This document shows positions 1-10,709 of a stretch of DNA of 64,000 nucleotides, piece after piece; within the stretch, counting starts at the first letter, position 1, and each line of letters opens with the position of its first letter. The stretch spans positions 9,152,134 through 9,216,133 of the forward strand of contig MU056262.1 in NCBI GenBank assembly GCA_013239625.1, written 5' to 3'. Position numbers and translations under genes: made by a program. Origin of the DNA: Lama guanicoe (taxonomy: Eukaryota). The notes below the pieces were generated by a model. That model did not search any database, was not told the origin of the DNA, and saw nothing but the letters and a program-made list of their open reading frames with translations.

Positions 1-3000
1 CCAGGGATGCAAATTGTCTCAGAAATTAGAATGAGAGAAAGTTTAAAAAAAAAAGAGCCAGGTTGAGCCCTGGAAATCACCTCACTTCAGCAGAACCCTT
101 GAATGGAGACAGAAAAGAACACCATGCAGCTGGCTCTGAAATCCAGAACCTTCTAGGGCTGCTCCAGGACATTGTTAAAGCAGACATTACTTGGTTGCTG
201 GCATAGGTTGCCAACATCTCTGATTCCAAAGCAAGCACACAGCATCCTTCCTGACTCTTGAGTTGTAACCCACTCCCTCATGTCCTTGTCCTTCACTTTG
301 TGGGCTCTGGGCAGGGACAGGTGGGGTGCAAGATTTCATTTGGTTATTCACCTCAAGTTTTAGAATACAGGTCTACTAACCTTTAAGTTGTCGCACCTTT
401 TCTCATTTTTATCTTCATTCTCTGCCTCTTTTACAAACTATTATCTTCCTTCTTTTTCTCCTCTCATGCTCTCTCCCCCAACATCCTTTTCTTTTCTGCT
501 GCTCAGACCCCCACCCATCCCCTGCCAGGTCCCAGGGTGGTGGATTCTGTCTGGTGTTAGAAGTCCAGACACCAGGAGGGTGAGTATCTTAACCAGAGGA
601 GGGGATGCTGGCTCCACCAGCACACAGTGTCTAATTCTGCTTATTTTTTCAAAGCACTTTTCCTCATGGTCAACATCAGAGTGTGCTGTTCTTGTCATAC
701 TGATCATTCTGCTCTCCCGAGTAAACATGAAGCTCCATTTCCCAGAATTTCCTCTGTGCCCTTTTCTCTGCTCTCATTTAGGCCCACGTAAGTACAGGAA
801 GGAAGCCTGTGAGGGTGGGAATGCTGGGTCTGAGAACACATCTTGAGACAAAGCTGAGGGAAGAACTGAGTCATGGGAGCAGAGTCCAGGCTTTTTTCCT
901 CCCTTCCTTCTTCCAGCAGCTCTTTGCTGTGGCTTCCTTCTCTGCCAGAGAACCTTCGCCAGAATCATCATGGGCTGGAAAAGAATCCATAGAGGTCAAG
1001 AGGTCAAGTCAGCTGAAATGTTACGTGCTCCTCACATGCAGCCAAGTGAGGAAGAAAGATGGGGAACCATCTTTTTAGAATCCAGGACTTTAGAAACTAG
1101 AAGAGACTTAGAATTCATTGCATTAATATTAAAAGTGAGGAGGCTGTGATTTCTCTATGGTCAACAGAGAAGGTAGACCTAGAATGCAGGTCATTGGGCT
1201 TGCAGCCCAACACTTACTCTGTCACCCAGATGCCATCCAGAAGAAACACAATGCCTTTTTCTCCCCTCATTTGCAAGTGGTCAGGCCTGTCTAGGGCAAG
1301 CCCTGTGAGCTGAGTTTGCTGTTAGAAGGAGGCAGCTTCCTCCTCCCTCTGCAGCCTAGGCCAAGAGAGTTGGTTCCAGCCTTTGTTCCCTTAGCCCTTG
1401 GACTCAAGGCAGGACAATGGTAGTGACTTGAGTAATGTTATTGCCAGGCCCTTATGCCATTAGAGCAAGTAAATGGGGCTGGGGCAGAAGGAAGTGTGTC
1501 CTCTGAGCTGGAATGGAAAGCCCCTTCTGGTCTGGTGCCTCCCTCTGAAGGGGGAGTTAGATTCTGCTGCGGAGGAATGACTAGTCCCACAGAAGCAGAG
1601 GGATAAAGAGGGTGAAGTTGATAAGAAAGTGCTCATGGTGGAGGTTCTTCCTCTACCCTGTTGGCCTCTCTGCTGTTACAGCATCAGAACTACATACCCA
1701 AAATGCAAGGACTCTAGGGGTTACAGGCTAGGGAGAAAGGCAGCCAGTTTGATGGTCAGAAACAGTGGGGAGGTGATACCCTTTCTCCCATAGCCTCTCT
1801 TGTCCTCCTCTTGGGGCAGAACCCAGCTGCTTACTCACACAGCTCAGAGATTTGTGGCCAGGAGGGTATGGGCTGTCACCCTGGTTGTTGCAGCTGTCCT
1901 CTGATCACACAGCAGAGGGAGACCTGAGTGTCTGGAGGCAAGCAGTCTGACATTTTAACATTCCCTTCCATGTTCCATGCCAGCCCAGAAACAGGTGGAA
2001 GCCTCTGGGAGACCGGCCAGGTGGTACTTCGGGCCTGTCCCTTTTGTCAGCCACCTGTGATCCACATGTGTCCCTGATCTGGGCCCAAGTATACTGAGGC
2101 AAGTGTTCTGTCCTTTACCCACAGCCTGCAGTTAGGAGCCGAAGGACATGACAGTTGACCATTTTTCTTCTTCTCATACCTATTTTTTTTCCCTCACTTG
2201 GCTGCCTGTGAGGAACAGAAAGCTACCTGGCCAGTTAGTCATAGGCTCCCAGACATACTCTTGTGCTCTTGGTGGCTCCAGAGACCCGCATATGTTGGGG
2301 AAGGAAATGGGTTGGTCTGCAGGAGTTGACTGCTTTCTTAGGAGGTACTGAATGGACTTAGCCAGAATCAAGGCCATGGGTGAGTGTGGAAAGCCTTGTT
2401 TTTCCTTTTTGAGCCCTGTTCGAGGCCTCAGCTGGGCTCCCAGGGGCCACTGTTCTGGAGGTCAACATAAGTTCCTGCCCCGATGTCAGTGGGCTGACTT
2501 GAAGACCACCTTCCTATGTTCAGCCTGTTTGACTTCCTGCTGCAAGTCAGTGTGTTCCTCAGTGTGTGAGGGTGAGGCTGGGTACCATTGCACAGCCCGG
2601 TTCTCAGGTCAGGACGCTGAGTCACATTGGCTTAGGGGACCCACCTGGTCTAGCTGCTCACAGCTCTTTAAACATGGGGAGATCTGGGGCCTGCCAGAGA
2701 GGAGGGTAGGCTGGCCCTCCAACTAATGAGCCCGTTGGCATTCTGCACACAGCTGCAGGTACACAGTAATTGGAGAGGCGAATGTCTAGGGGAGGAGGAG
2801 GGGCAGATCAATCTGGCTCACTTTGGCGCTAATGGCAACAAGCAGCAGGGGTTGATGCCTAGTGTGAGCCTGTGTCACTCTGGAGATGCAGATGCTTAAG
2901 CCGTGGTGCAAGTCTGGTGAGAGGCCCATCTAAGACTGCACTGGAGCTGCAGGGGGCCTTGGTTTGGCTGGGTATGGATGTGAAGTGAGGATGCCTCTGA

Positions 3001-4413
3001 TCCATCCATATTCAGGTTCCTGACTTGTGAGTCCAGCTTTGCCTCTATTTATTTTGTCATCTGCAGAGGAGTTGCCCCTCTTCTCTCTTGACTGGAGCAA
3101 GGGCCAGGAGCAGAATCCATGTCCCAGCCCTGTTTGGCTAGCCTGGGCTGCCAGCTCTGTTTGGAGCTGCCCCACCAACAGGCCAGGCTGAGCTGCAGTG
3201 TGCTCCCCAGTGATTTCTCCTTTTCTTGGAGACCATAAAAGCTGACAGGGCAGCACAGTATTCTCATGACCCAACCTGTTCCAGCTTTAGGTTTGCTGTG
3301 GCTATCAGTGGCCCCATTATGCCTGCTTCTTTCCATCTCTCAGATGAATGACAGGGGCCACAGTGAGTGTCTGTGGTCTAGGTTGGCTGGCCCCTCATAA
3401 TGGCTCTTTGTGTTCAGGTGGCAGCAGCAAGCCATGGGTACCAGCCAAAATCTACTATGTGCCTGTCCAATTCAGTCACCCTGCAGGTTGGCCTCATTAC
3501 CAGAGCCCTGAGCTACACAGGCCTGCAGGGAAATATGAGTGAGTGTCCTTTACCCTGAGGACCTGAGATTCAGCCCGGTGACAAGCTGTGCAGGCTGAGG
3601 GCTGGAGGTGGATGGCTGCTTGGTGTGTGGCTGAGACAAAGCAGCTGTGGGTGCATGTAGTAGAGCAGGCTTTGATCAGCTCCTCTGTGAGGACAGCACA
3701 TACTAAAATGAGGCTGGCACAGGGCACTGCCAGGAGCCACTGTCTGGCTTAGAGATGTCATGCAGACTGGAGAAATGCCCTGAGAAGGGTCCTGGTCCCT
3801 GCCAGGGTCCCATGTCCCCCCTGCCCTCTCAGCAGATGGAGAAATCTAGTTGCCTTGAATTGTTTCCTTCTCTCCCCATGGCTGAGAGGCTGAGGCTGAT
3901 GTAGAGAATGCAGTGGTCATTTTGACCACTTTGTCAGTTGGAAGGAGGGTGGACTTTGTCTTTAAGAACTAGGAAGTGGCTTGATATGGGCATTCAGGGG
4001 TGGGAGCTTAAGTCTGGCTCAAGATATGGTGGAAGGTTTGGACCATTCTCATTAAATTTCTCTGAGTTATACTGGTCCAAGGGTAGGTTGGGTGGTCTTG
4101 ACAGGGGCCACTTTCCTGAGCCAGACTCTGAGTCCCGGGCACCTTAGAAGTTTGCTTCTTGGGGAGGGAGCAGGTCTTTCTCCCTTGTCAGACTCCTCAC
4201 CCAGAGAGCAACCTCTGCTCAGCGGCCTGGGCCAGCATTGGCAGAAGGGGAAGCCTAGAACGTTCTACATGGGAGGAGCCAGGCAGCGCCTCTCTCTGGG
4301 AGGAGAATGCAGCAGGGCTGCTGGACAGGTCTGAGTGCTGTGGTGGTGACATCGTCAGGATGGGGAGGGCAGTGTTAAATGCACTCACTCTAATACTTGT
4401 CGTTGGCCTCTAG

Positions 4414-4731
4414 CCCTGGCCCAGCGTGTCCAACCTGGCCAAGGACTTCATTGACCGCCTGCTGACAGTGGACCCCGGCGCTCGAATGACTGCACTGCAG
4501 GCCCTGAGGCATCCATGGGTGGTGAGCATGGCAGCCTCTTCATCTATGAAGAATCTGCACCGCTCCATCTCCCAAAACCTCCTCAAACGTGCCTCGTCGC
4601 GCTGCCAGAGCACCAAATCTGCCCAGTCCACACGTTCCAGCCGCTCTACACGCTCCAACAAGTCACGCCGTGTGCGGGAGCGAGAGCTGCGGGAGCTTAA
4701 CCTGCGCTACCAGCAGCAGTACAATGGCTGA
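4414..4731 (+). CDS. PSKH1: PSKH1 serine/threonine kinase H1, last coding exon (upstream exons lie left of the window; 1-4413 is intron)
   Basis: Acceptor ...ggcctctag at 4411-4413, then [35 protein letters not shown]...[10 protein letters not shown]. This is CaMK-family subdomain XI plus the PSKH1 C-terminal tail. Synteny with CTRL/PSMB10/LCAT. Confidence 0.96.
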   Translation, partial: PWPSVSNLAKDFIDRLLTVDPGARMTALQALRHPWVVSMAASSSMKNLHRSISQNLLKRASSRCQSTKSAQSTRSSRSTRSNKSRRVRERELRELNLRYQQQYNG

Positions 4732-6635
4732 GCCACCTGGCTGGGCTGCAGACATGCCATGGTCCCAGCCTGGCCACACATTGCTGTGCCATCTGGGCCC
4801 AATGCCCTCTCTAGAGATGGGCTTGTATGGCCGGTGGTAGGTGAATGGCCCCAATCCCTTCTCTGTGCCTTCAGCAGCCCCCATCTTCACCCTGGGCCTG
4901 AGCCTGGTGAACTGGGAGCCTGGCTTGGCATGGATGCGACTTTTGGTGGGCAACTACTCTGGTACCAGTTAGGGAAAGGGCAGGCCCTGGCCTTTGGTCT
5001 CACTTCTTGGCTCTTCCCCAGACCAGAGGAGCATGCAATGCCAGGTAGACGGTGTCCTCTGGTCGCAGGACTCTTTGGGACAGTTACTTCTGGAACCCAC
5101 CTTTCCTCCACCAGGCCTTCCTCCCTGACTCTTCCCCCTTGTCCACCCCCCCCCCATATTCCATGGCATCCTGATCCTCATGATTATGCTCTGGTGAGAG
5201 GCCCAGGGAGGCACACAGCTTGTGCCTTGGCTGGACTCTCAATCCCTGGCTAAGTCTAAACAGCCCTCCACCTCCCAGCCAAGACCTATCTTGCTTCATG
5301 GTGCCCCCAGGGACCCCTCCTCTGGCCCTAGGACTTGTCAGGCTCTCTGGTGGTAAGGCCATGGAATGGTTCTTGGCCCTCTGGACTGTGTGGCTGTGTT
5401 GATAGCAGGCTTGCTCCAGGCTCCAACCTCTCCGTCTATGAGAGAGTTTCTGCCCACCAGCCTACTGCTCTCAGTGCCTGCTTTACAGAGCCTACCATCA
5501 CCTCCCTCTACCCCTTGGATGCCCATTCTGTTCCCCAGGTGCCTCCTTCCCAACTGTGGGGAGACTAAAAGGAGCCCCACTGCTGCTACCTGGAGGGTGG
5601 GGGCACCTGGGGGTGGGGGCACCTGGGCCAAAGCAAAGGGCAGGGGCTTCACAGGGAGAGCCTCATCAGGATTCCAGTGTCAGCCCTGGTTTCACGCTTG
5701 GTATTGCCCACTGCCTCTCCCTTCAGCTCTGATGTTCTCTCTTCTGCAGCTGCATGAAGGTGCCATCTAGTGTCTGGCACAAGTATGGGCAGCCTAGGAA
5801 TGACCACCTTGCTCACCTTTCATCCTCTAAGAGGAAGTGGGGAGGAAGGAGCTGCTGCACTGAGGGAGGGTCCCAGGGCTGCTCAGTTCTCTCCCCTTCT
5901 GCTGAGCTTCTGTGCGGCTTCCCCTGGAACTTAGCCATACTGTGTGACCTGCCTCTGAACCCTGAGTGCCTGGGGCACTGGCCTTTTCACAGGTGGCCCT
6001 GCCTGGTCCAGCCTGTCCCCGCTTGTTTTCATAGCATTACTCTTCCAGTCAGGGCCCTGCTGAATCTCAGACTGGAGGGAGCCCCTGCAAGAGGTGGGTG
6101 GAATTAGGTGGCCTCTTTCCCAGAGGCCTGAGCCAGACCATCCCCCTATCAGCCACAGTGCCTCCTCCCACCACAAGCAGGGCTGGAACTCAAGCCCCCT
6201 CCCTCCACAGCTACTTTCTGTGGGTGGGAAGGAGCCAGGGCCCAGCTATAGCCTTAGCTGGATTGCAGGGCCCCTGCCAGCAGGGAGGGTTTAGCCCTCA
6301 GTTCCTCTCAGTGGGTACCCTTGAGGCAGGCCCTCCTCTTTTTGCATGTGCCATCTCCAGTGGGAAACCAAGCTAAAAGAGACCACTCTGGGCCAAGTCA
6401 ACTGTGCCTTATATACCGCTTCCTTCTGTCCCCAGTGCTCCCAGCACCAGGCAGTGGAAAGCCAAAGCCCCATGGCCTCAGAATTCCTCCTATTTCCCAA
6501 AGTGCCTCTGGGGCCTAAAATCCTGGGGATTTATTTCCTCTCGGCCAGGGTGGACCTGGTCCTGAGGATAAGACAGAGGGAGTTTGGAGACTTGGGCCTT
6601 TATGCTACAGACTGTGGATGGAGAATGTGCAGTTA

Positions 6636-6641
6636 TTTATT
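6636..6641 (-). terminator. Putative CTRL polyadenylation signal (minus strand)
   Basis: TTTATT on + is AATAAA on -, about 330 nt past the ancestral CTRL stop. A weaker AGTAAA lies near 6929-6934. Confidence 0.55.
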
Positions 6642-6677
6642 TTGTGTACTCAGTTTGTAAATGTATCCTCCGTACTC

Positions 6678-6683
6678 AATAAA
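6678..6683 (+). terminator. PSKH1 polyadenylation signal
   Basis: AATAAA about 1.95 kb after the stop, preceded by U-rich TATTTATTTTGTGTA...TTTGTAAATGTA typical of 3' UTR ends. Confidence 0.8.
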
Positions 6684-6967
6684 CAGGCTGCCTTCCCCAG
6701 GGAAGGCTGCCCATTCATTCTGACAGCCCAGTCTCCTTGCTGTGGACCAAGGGGTTGCCAAGGAGGTGGGGGAGCCCAACCTGGTCTTGGCTAGTCTGGG
6801 AGGATCCTGACTCCTCAACACCTGCCATGCCAGAAGACAAAGTCAGTGTGTGGAGTGGGACTCCCAAGAGCCTCTCCTTTTCCCTGAGCCAGGAAGACAG
6901 GAATATACAAGAGGACAGAGCCTGGGGTCTTTACTGGACTGAGATGGGGAGAGGGCCTCTGGTGGGC

Positions 6968-8791
6968 TCAGTTGTAAGCTATGCCTGATTGACCCAGGTG
7001 CTGAACTTGCTAACCTGAGCGTACGTGGCAGGTGCACACACATTGCAGTCACTGGTGCCCCGGGAAACAATACTAGTAAGCACCCACACATTCCCATTCT
7101 GGCTGATAAGAGGACCTCTGGAGTCATTCCTGAGGGGAAGAAGGGCGAAGTCAGCGTGGGGGGTGCAGGGTGCCACAAGGTGCAGAGTACAGGATGGGGT
7201 GCTGTGCTCACCTGGCACAAGGAGGCCCTTGAAGCACTTGCACAAATCATGGAGTTGGTGATGTGTGAGCCCCAGAACTGCTGGCATTGACTCACGGTGA
7301 CGAGGGGCAGAACCACCTGCTGCAGGCATGCCGGAGTCACATTGTCTATGGGCCAAGAGGGGGTGGTTAGCCCCCAGATGACTTGTCCCCACCCTACACT
7401 CCCATCCAGATTTTTGATCCAAGTTCCTACTCATGCCACTGAGGCGGCCCCAGCCAGTGGTGACACACGTGAGGCCTTCAGGCAGCACCTCATTTGAGGA
7501 AGCCAGGCAAACTGGTGAGATACATGTTGTGTACTGGGCTGGGGAGGCGAGCTTCAGTAGTGTAAGATCATTATTGATGGTGGTGGGTTCCAAGAGGGGT
7601 GCGTGATGGCCTGTGGAGCCAGGAAGGGGCCATGTAGGATGGGAGTGGGCACAGGCCCCCAGGTAATGGGTGCTGAGGAGGCTAGGCTAGGCATGTCCTG
7701 AATTCCTCATCCCCAGAGCCCACACACCTGCACCACCCACTCTTCCCTATCTGCAGCCCAGGGACTCACCCGAGAGATGGACAGAACCTGCAAAGTCTCA
7801 GCACTGGATGATGGGTTGTACTCGCCCAGGATGACAAAGTGGCTGCAGTAAGAGTGGGGTTGGGCAGCCGCAGGGAGGGCAGAGTGACAAGAGAGGGGCA
7901 TCCAGGACAAAGGAGTTGAGGAGGTGTGGACTGGGGTGGGGCAGGTAGAGGGGAAGCACTCACACAACATTGCAGTAGGCAGCAATGACCATCCAGGCCT
8001 GGCTGCTGAGGGAACCACCGCAGAAGTGAAAGTCTTTGCTGTCCTGGGTTCAGGGGTCAGACATACGGTGCACTCAGGCTATGCCTAGGCATGAAGCACC
8101 TGGGATCTTGCCCCACCCGCAGGGTGCATGTACCTGCAGGGATACCTGGCAGGGCCAGGAGCCCAGCACTACCTTCTCCCCATTGACAGCCCTCTAGCTG
8201 AAGCTCAGCACCGGTTTGATGGCAGGAACACTGCAGCCTGCCATTGGGCTGGTGAGGACCTGTTTCCCACATCCCAGCCTACCTCTCACCTCCTCCTGGG
8301 TGTCCCCAGGGTAAGCCCCCTAGAGGGGTCCAAATCGAGAAGACTCATTACGCCTTCTCACCCTTAGCACCTCTGGGCCTGTAGCTATCTCAGCTGCCTG
8401 CATCCCTAGCCTCCAGGTTCTGTCCGTTCTCCCACATCTCTCCAACCTACTCCCTACCATTTCTCAATTCCACCCCGACCCCCCAGCCCAGGCCATCTTT
8501 CTCCCTGATCCCTGGGATAGTCTCCTCCCTAGCCTCTCTACCCACTCCAGATTTCAATGATCCATACCTTGCATGCAGGTTAAGGGCTCTTCCTAAACTA
8601 CAGGTCCAACCATTGCTTCTCAGCTTCCTAAACCCTCCCCCTGGGCCTGGCCAAGCTCCTGTCCCATTTGTGGGATTGCCTACCTCTTGCTTCCTCCCAG
8701 CCCTGGCACATCCTTTTTCCTCTGCCCATTCTGTCTACCTGCTTTCCTTCAAGCCAGCTGAGGGGCCAAGGGTCAGTCTGAGCAGCAACAT
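6968..8791 (-). pseudogene. CTRL: CTRL (chymotrypsin-like protease) unitary pseudogene, 7-exon structure retained
   Basis: Exons: e1 from ATG 8791 (MLLLRLTL then diverges, no in-phase donor), e2 8237-8134, e3 8043-7964, e4 7842-7770, e5 7610-7431, e6 7345-7212, e7 7129-6968. Lesions: in-frame TAG at 8194-8196, AAHC->AAYC, 1-bp deletion near 7585, extra base at e7 start with GDSGGP->NDSRGP, 1-bp deletion near 6983. Confidence 0.93.
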
Positions 8792-8956
8792 TGTGATAGG
8801 CATGAGGCTGAGAACTGGGCCTGGCTTTATGGCATTCCTTGTCCTTGGGCCTAAGGCCAAGCCAGCTGTGTAGGTTCAGCCCCCTCCCATGCTCTAGTCA
8901 GGAGGAGGGTCTCTTTAGGCCGAGGTCCTTGACCCAGGCCCTGACTTACTGGAGTC

Positions 8957-8973
8957 CAGGTGTGAGGTTCCCA
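8957..8973 (+). promoter_or_regulatory. PTF1-like bipartite acinar element (E-box + TC-box) upstream of CTRL
   Basis: CAGGTG-TGAG-GTTCCCA about 170 bp upstream of the CTRL ATG. A second E-box CAGCTG near 8863 and a CATAAA TATA-like box near 8826-8831 (-). Confidence 0.45.
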
Positions 8974-10669
8974 TCTCCTTCACTCTCCTAAAGCCTGGCC
9001 TATGACTGGCTCCTAGAACCACCTCACATCCTAAGTACTGAGCACCAGTTACCAAGGAATTAAGGTTAGACTTACAGTGACTACCTGGTGGCTGGGATCA
9101 GGAAAGTCTCCCAGGCTATCAGGGACACCAGACTCAGAGAAGCCTGCTGAGCACCCAGGGGTGTTCTGACTGGTGGAGGGAAACTCCAGCTGTTACCAGC
9201 TCCACTGTTGAGGGCCAGGGCCATGTGGCCAGGTCAGGGGTTCTGGCAGGTTGCATATCCTAACATATCATTTCAGTGATTCCTCATCAGTTTGGAACAG
9301 GAGTCACAGTTTGCTTAGAGATGGTGACTCTCCCACTACAATGTTCATTTGGACCCAAACCTTTATCTGCCTTGCTCCGAAGCCCATACTCTTCGTGATG
9401 AGATGATACCTGGAAGGGGCCTGGTGTACAGGAGGGCAAGGTGTGATGCTCGACACTGGATGGGGGTCACAGGTGGAAGGGTGACAGCCGTCAAATCTTT
9501 GACAGCTTCCAGGCCTTGGGGTTCCCATGGACAAGCCCCTGCTATCTACAGCCCATTCATTGTAGAGCTCCAGGCTGAGCCTGAACTGAGGGAGAGAAGA
9601 CGCTCCTGTGTACAAAGCTGCAATAGGTTAAGTTGGCTGGCCTCCTTCGAGGGGTATGAGGACTTTGAATGATTCAAGAACGTTATCAGCCCCAAAAAAT
9701 TAGTTAATTGTTGATTACAGGAATGGATGGATAAATCAGTGATAAAAGAAATATAACAGCATACTAATTGTAAAGTCTGTGGTGGGTATAAAGGTGATCA
9801 ATGTACAATTCTTTCAACCTTTATGTTTAAAAATCTTCGTAATAAAATACTGGAGAAAAAGCACAGTCAGGATCCCAGAGATGTCCAGACTGGAGTAGAC
9901 CCTCCCCAGAGGTTGGGAAGACTTTAACAGGTCCAAAGCTCCAGTGGAGCTCAGCCATTCTCTCCCAGGACAGGATGCTTCTGTCAGCACCGAGCATCTG
10001 GGATGGCACCCAGTGGATGCTGAACAAGTCTACTGGATAAATGTGTCGTGTCATCTCTCCCCACATGAGCCTTGTGACCCCTGTCAGCACAGAAAACTTG
10101 GGAGTCAATTCCCCTATTCACAGCCCAGCGTGTGTAAACAAGCCCAGTGTTGTGTTAGCACCTCCGGTGTGCCTAGTCATCTGAGGGGTTTCACAGATAA
10201 AGGCGTTGCAGGGGTGAGGAGTGTACCTGTGAGAACTTGCCCTTGGAGTCAGGAAGCAGCTCCTCCATCAGCATTTTAGCCATTCGCGGGGGCAGCGGGG
10301 CCCGACTGAGACGTGTGAGCTTTGTCCTGGGCCATTGATGAGCCAGGTAAAGGCTTTGGTGGGGGCAGTACATAGGGCCTTTTGGGTTTTATAACAGTTC
10401 CCAGTGGACTAGAGGGCATGGGAGTGGGTGTGGAGAGTCATGAGGGGGCTTTACACCTTGAGTCTTCAGTGCTTGCCAGGGCTGGGATTCTGGAAAGGTA
10501 GATAGATGCCTTTGGTGATGGGTGAAGGGCACCTCTTAGGTCAGGCACTGAAGCCATAGGAGGGAGTGGTCCCTGGAGGGATACCTTAGCCACAGAGCCC
10601 TGCTGGCTGCTTGTCCCCCTCCACCCAAGAACGATATAGCCATGTGTTTAGGTGTTTGTGTTCTTTGGG

Positions 10670-10675
10670 TTTATT
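10670..10675 (-). terminator. PSMB10 polyadenylation signal
   Basis: AATAAA on the minus strand about 35 nt after the stop. Confidence 0.85.
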
Positions 10676-10709
10676 CTTCCTTGTTCCAAGCTCTAAGCCT
10701 CTGCCAGCA

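Noticed and set aside
1-4413. Short ORFs in the PSKH1 intron
   Set aside because: No domain similarity, codon pattern or consistent splice signals.
6979-7593. 204-aa ORF resembling an intact chymotrypsin-like protein
   Set aside because: It starts at TTG after a frameshift, reads through introns 5 and 6, is out of frame across exon 6, and lacks a signal peptide and His57.
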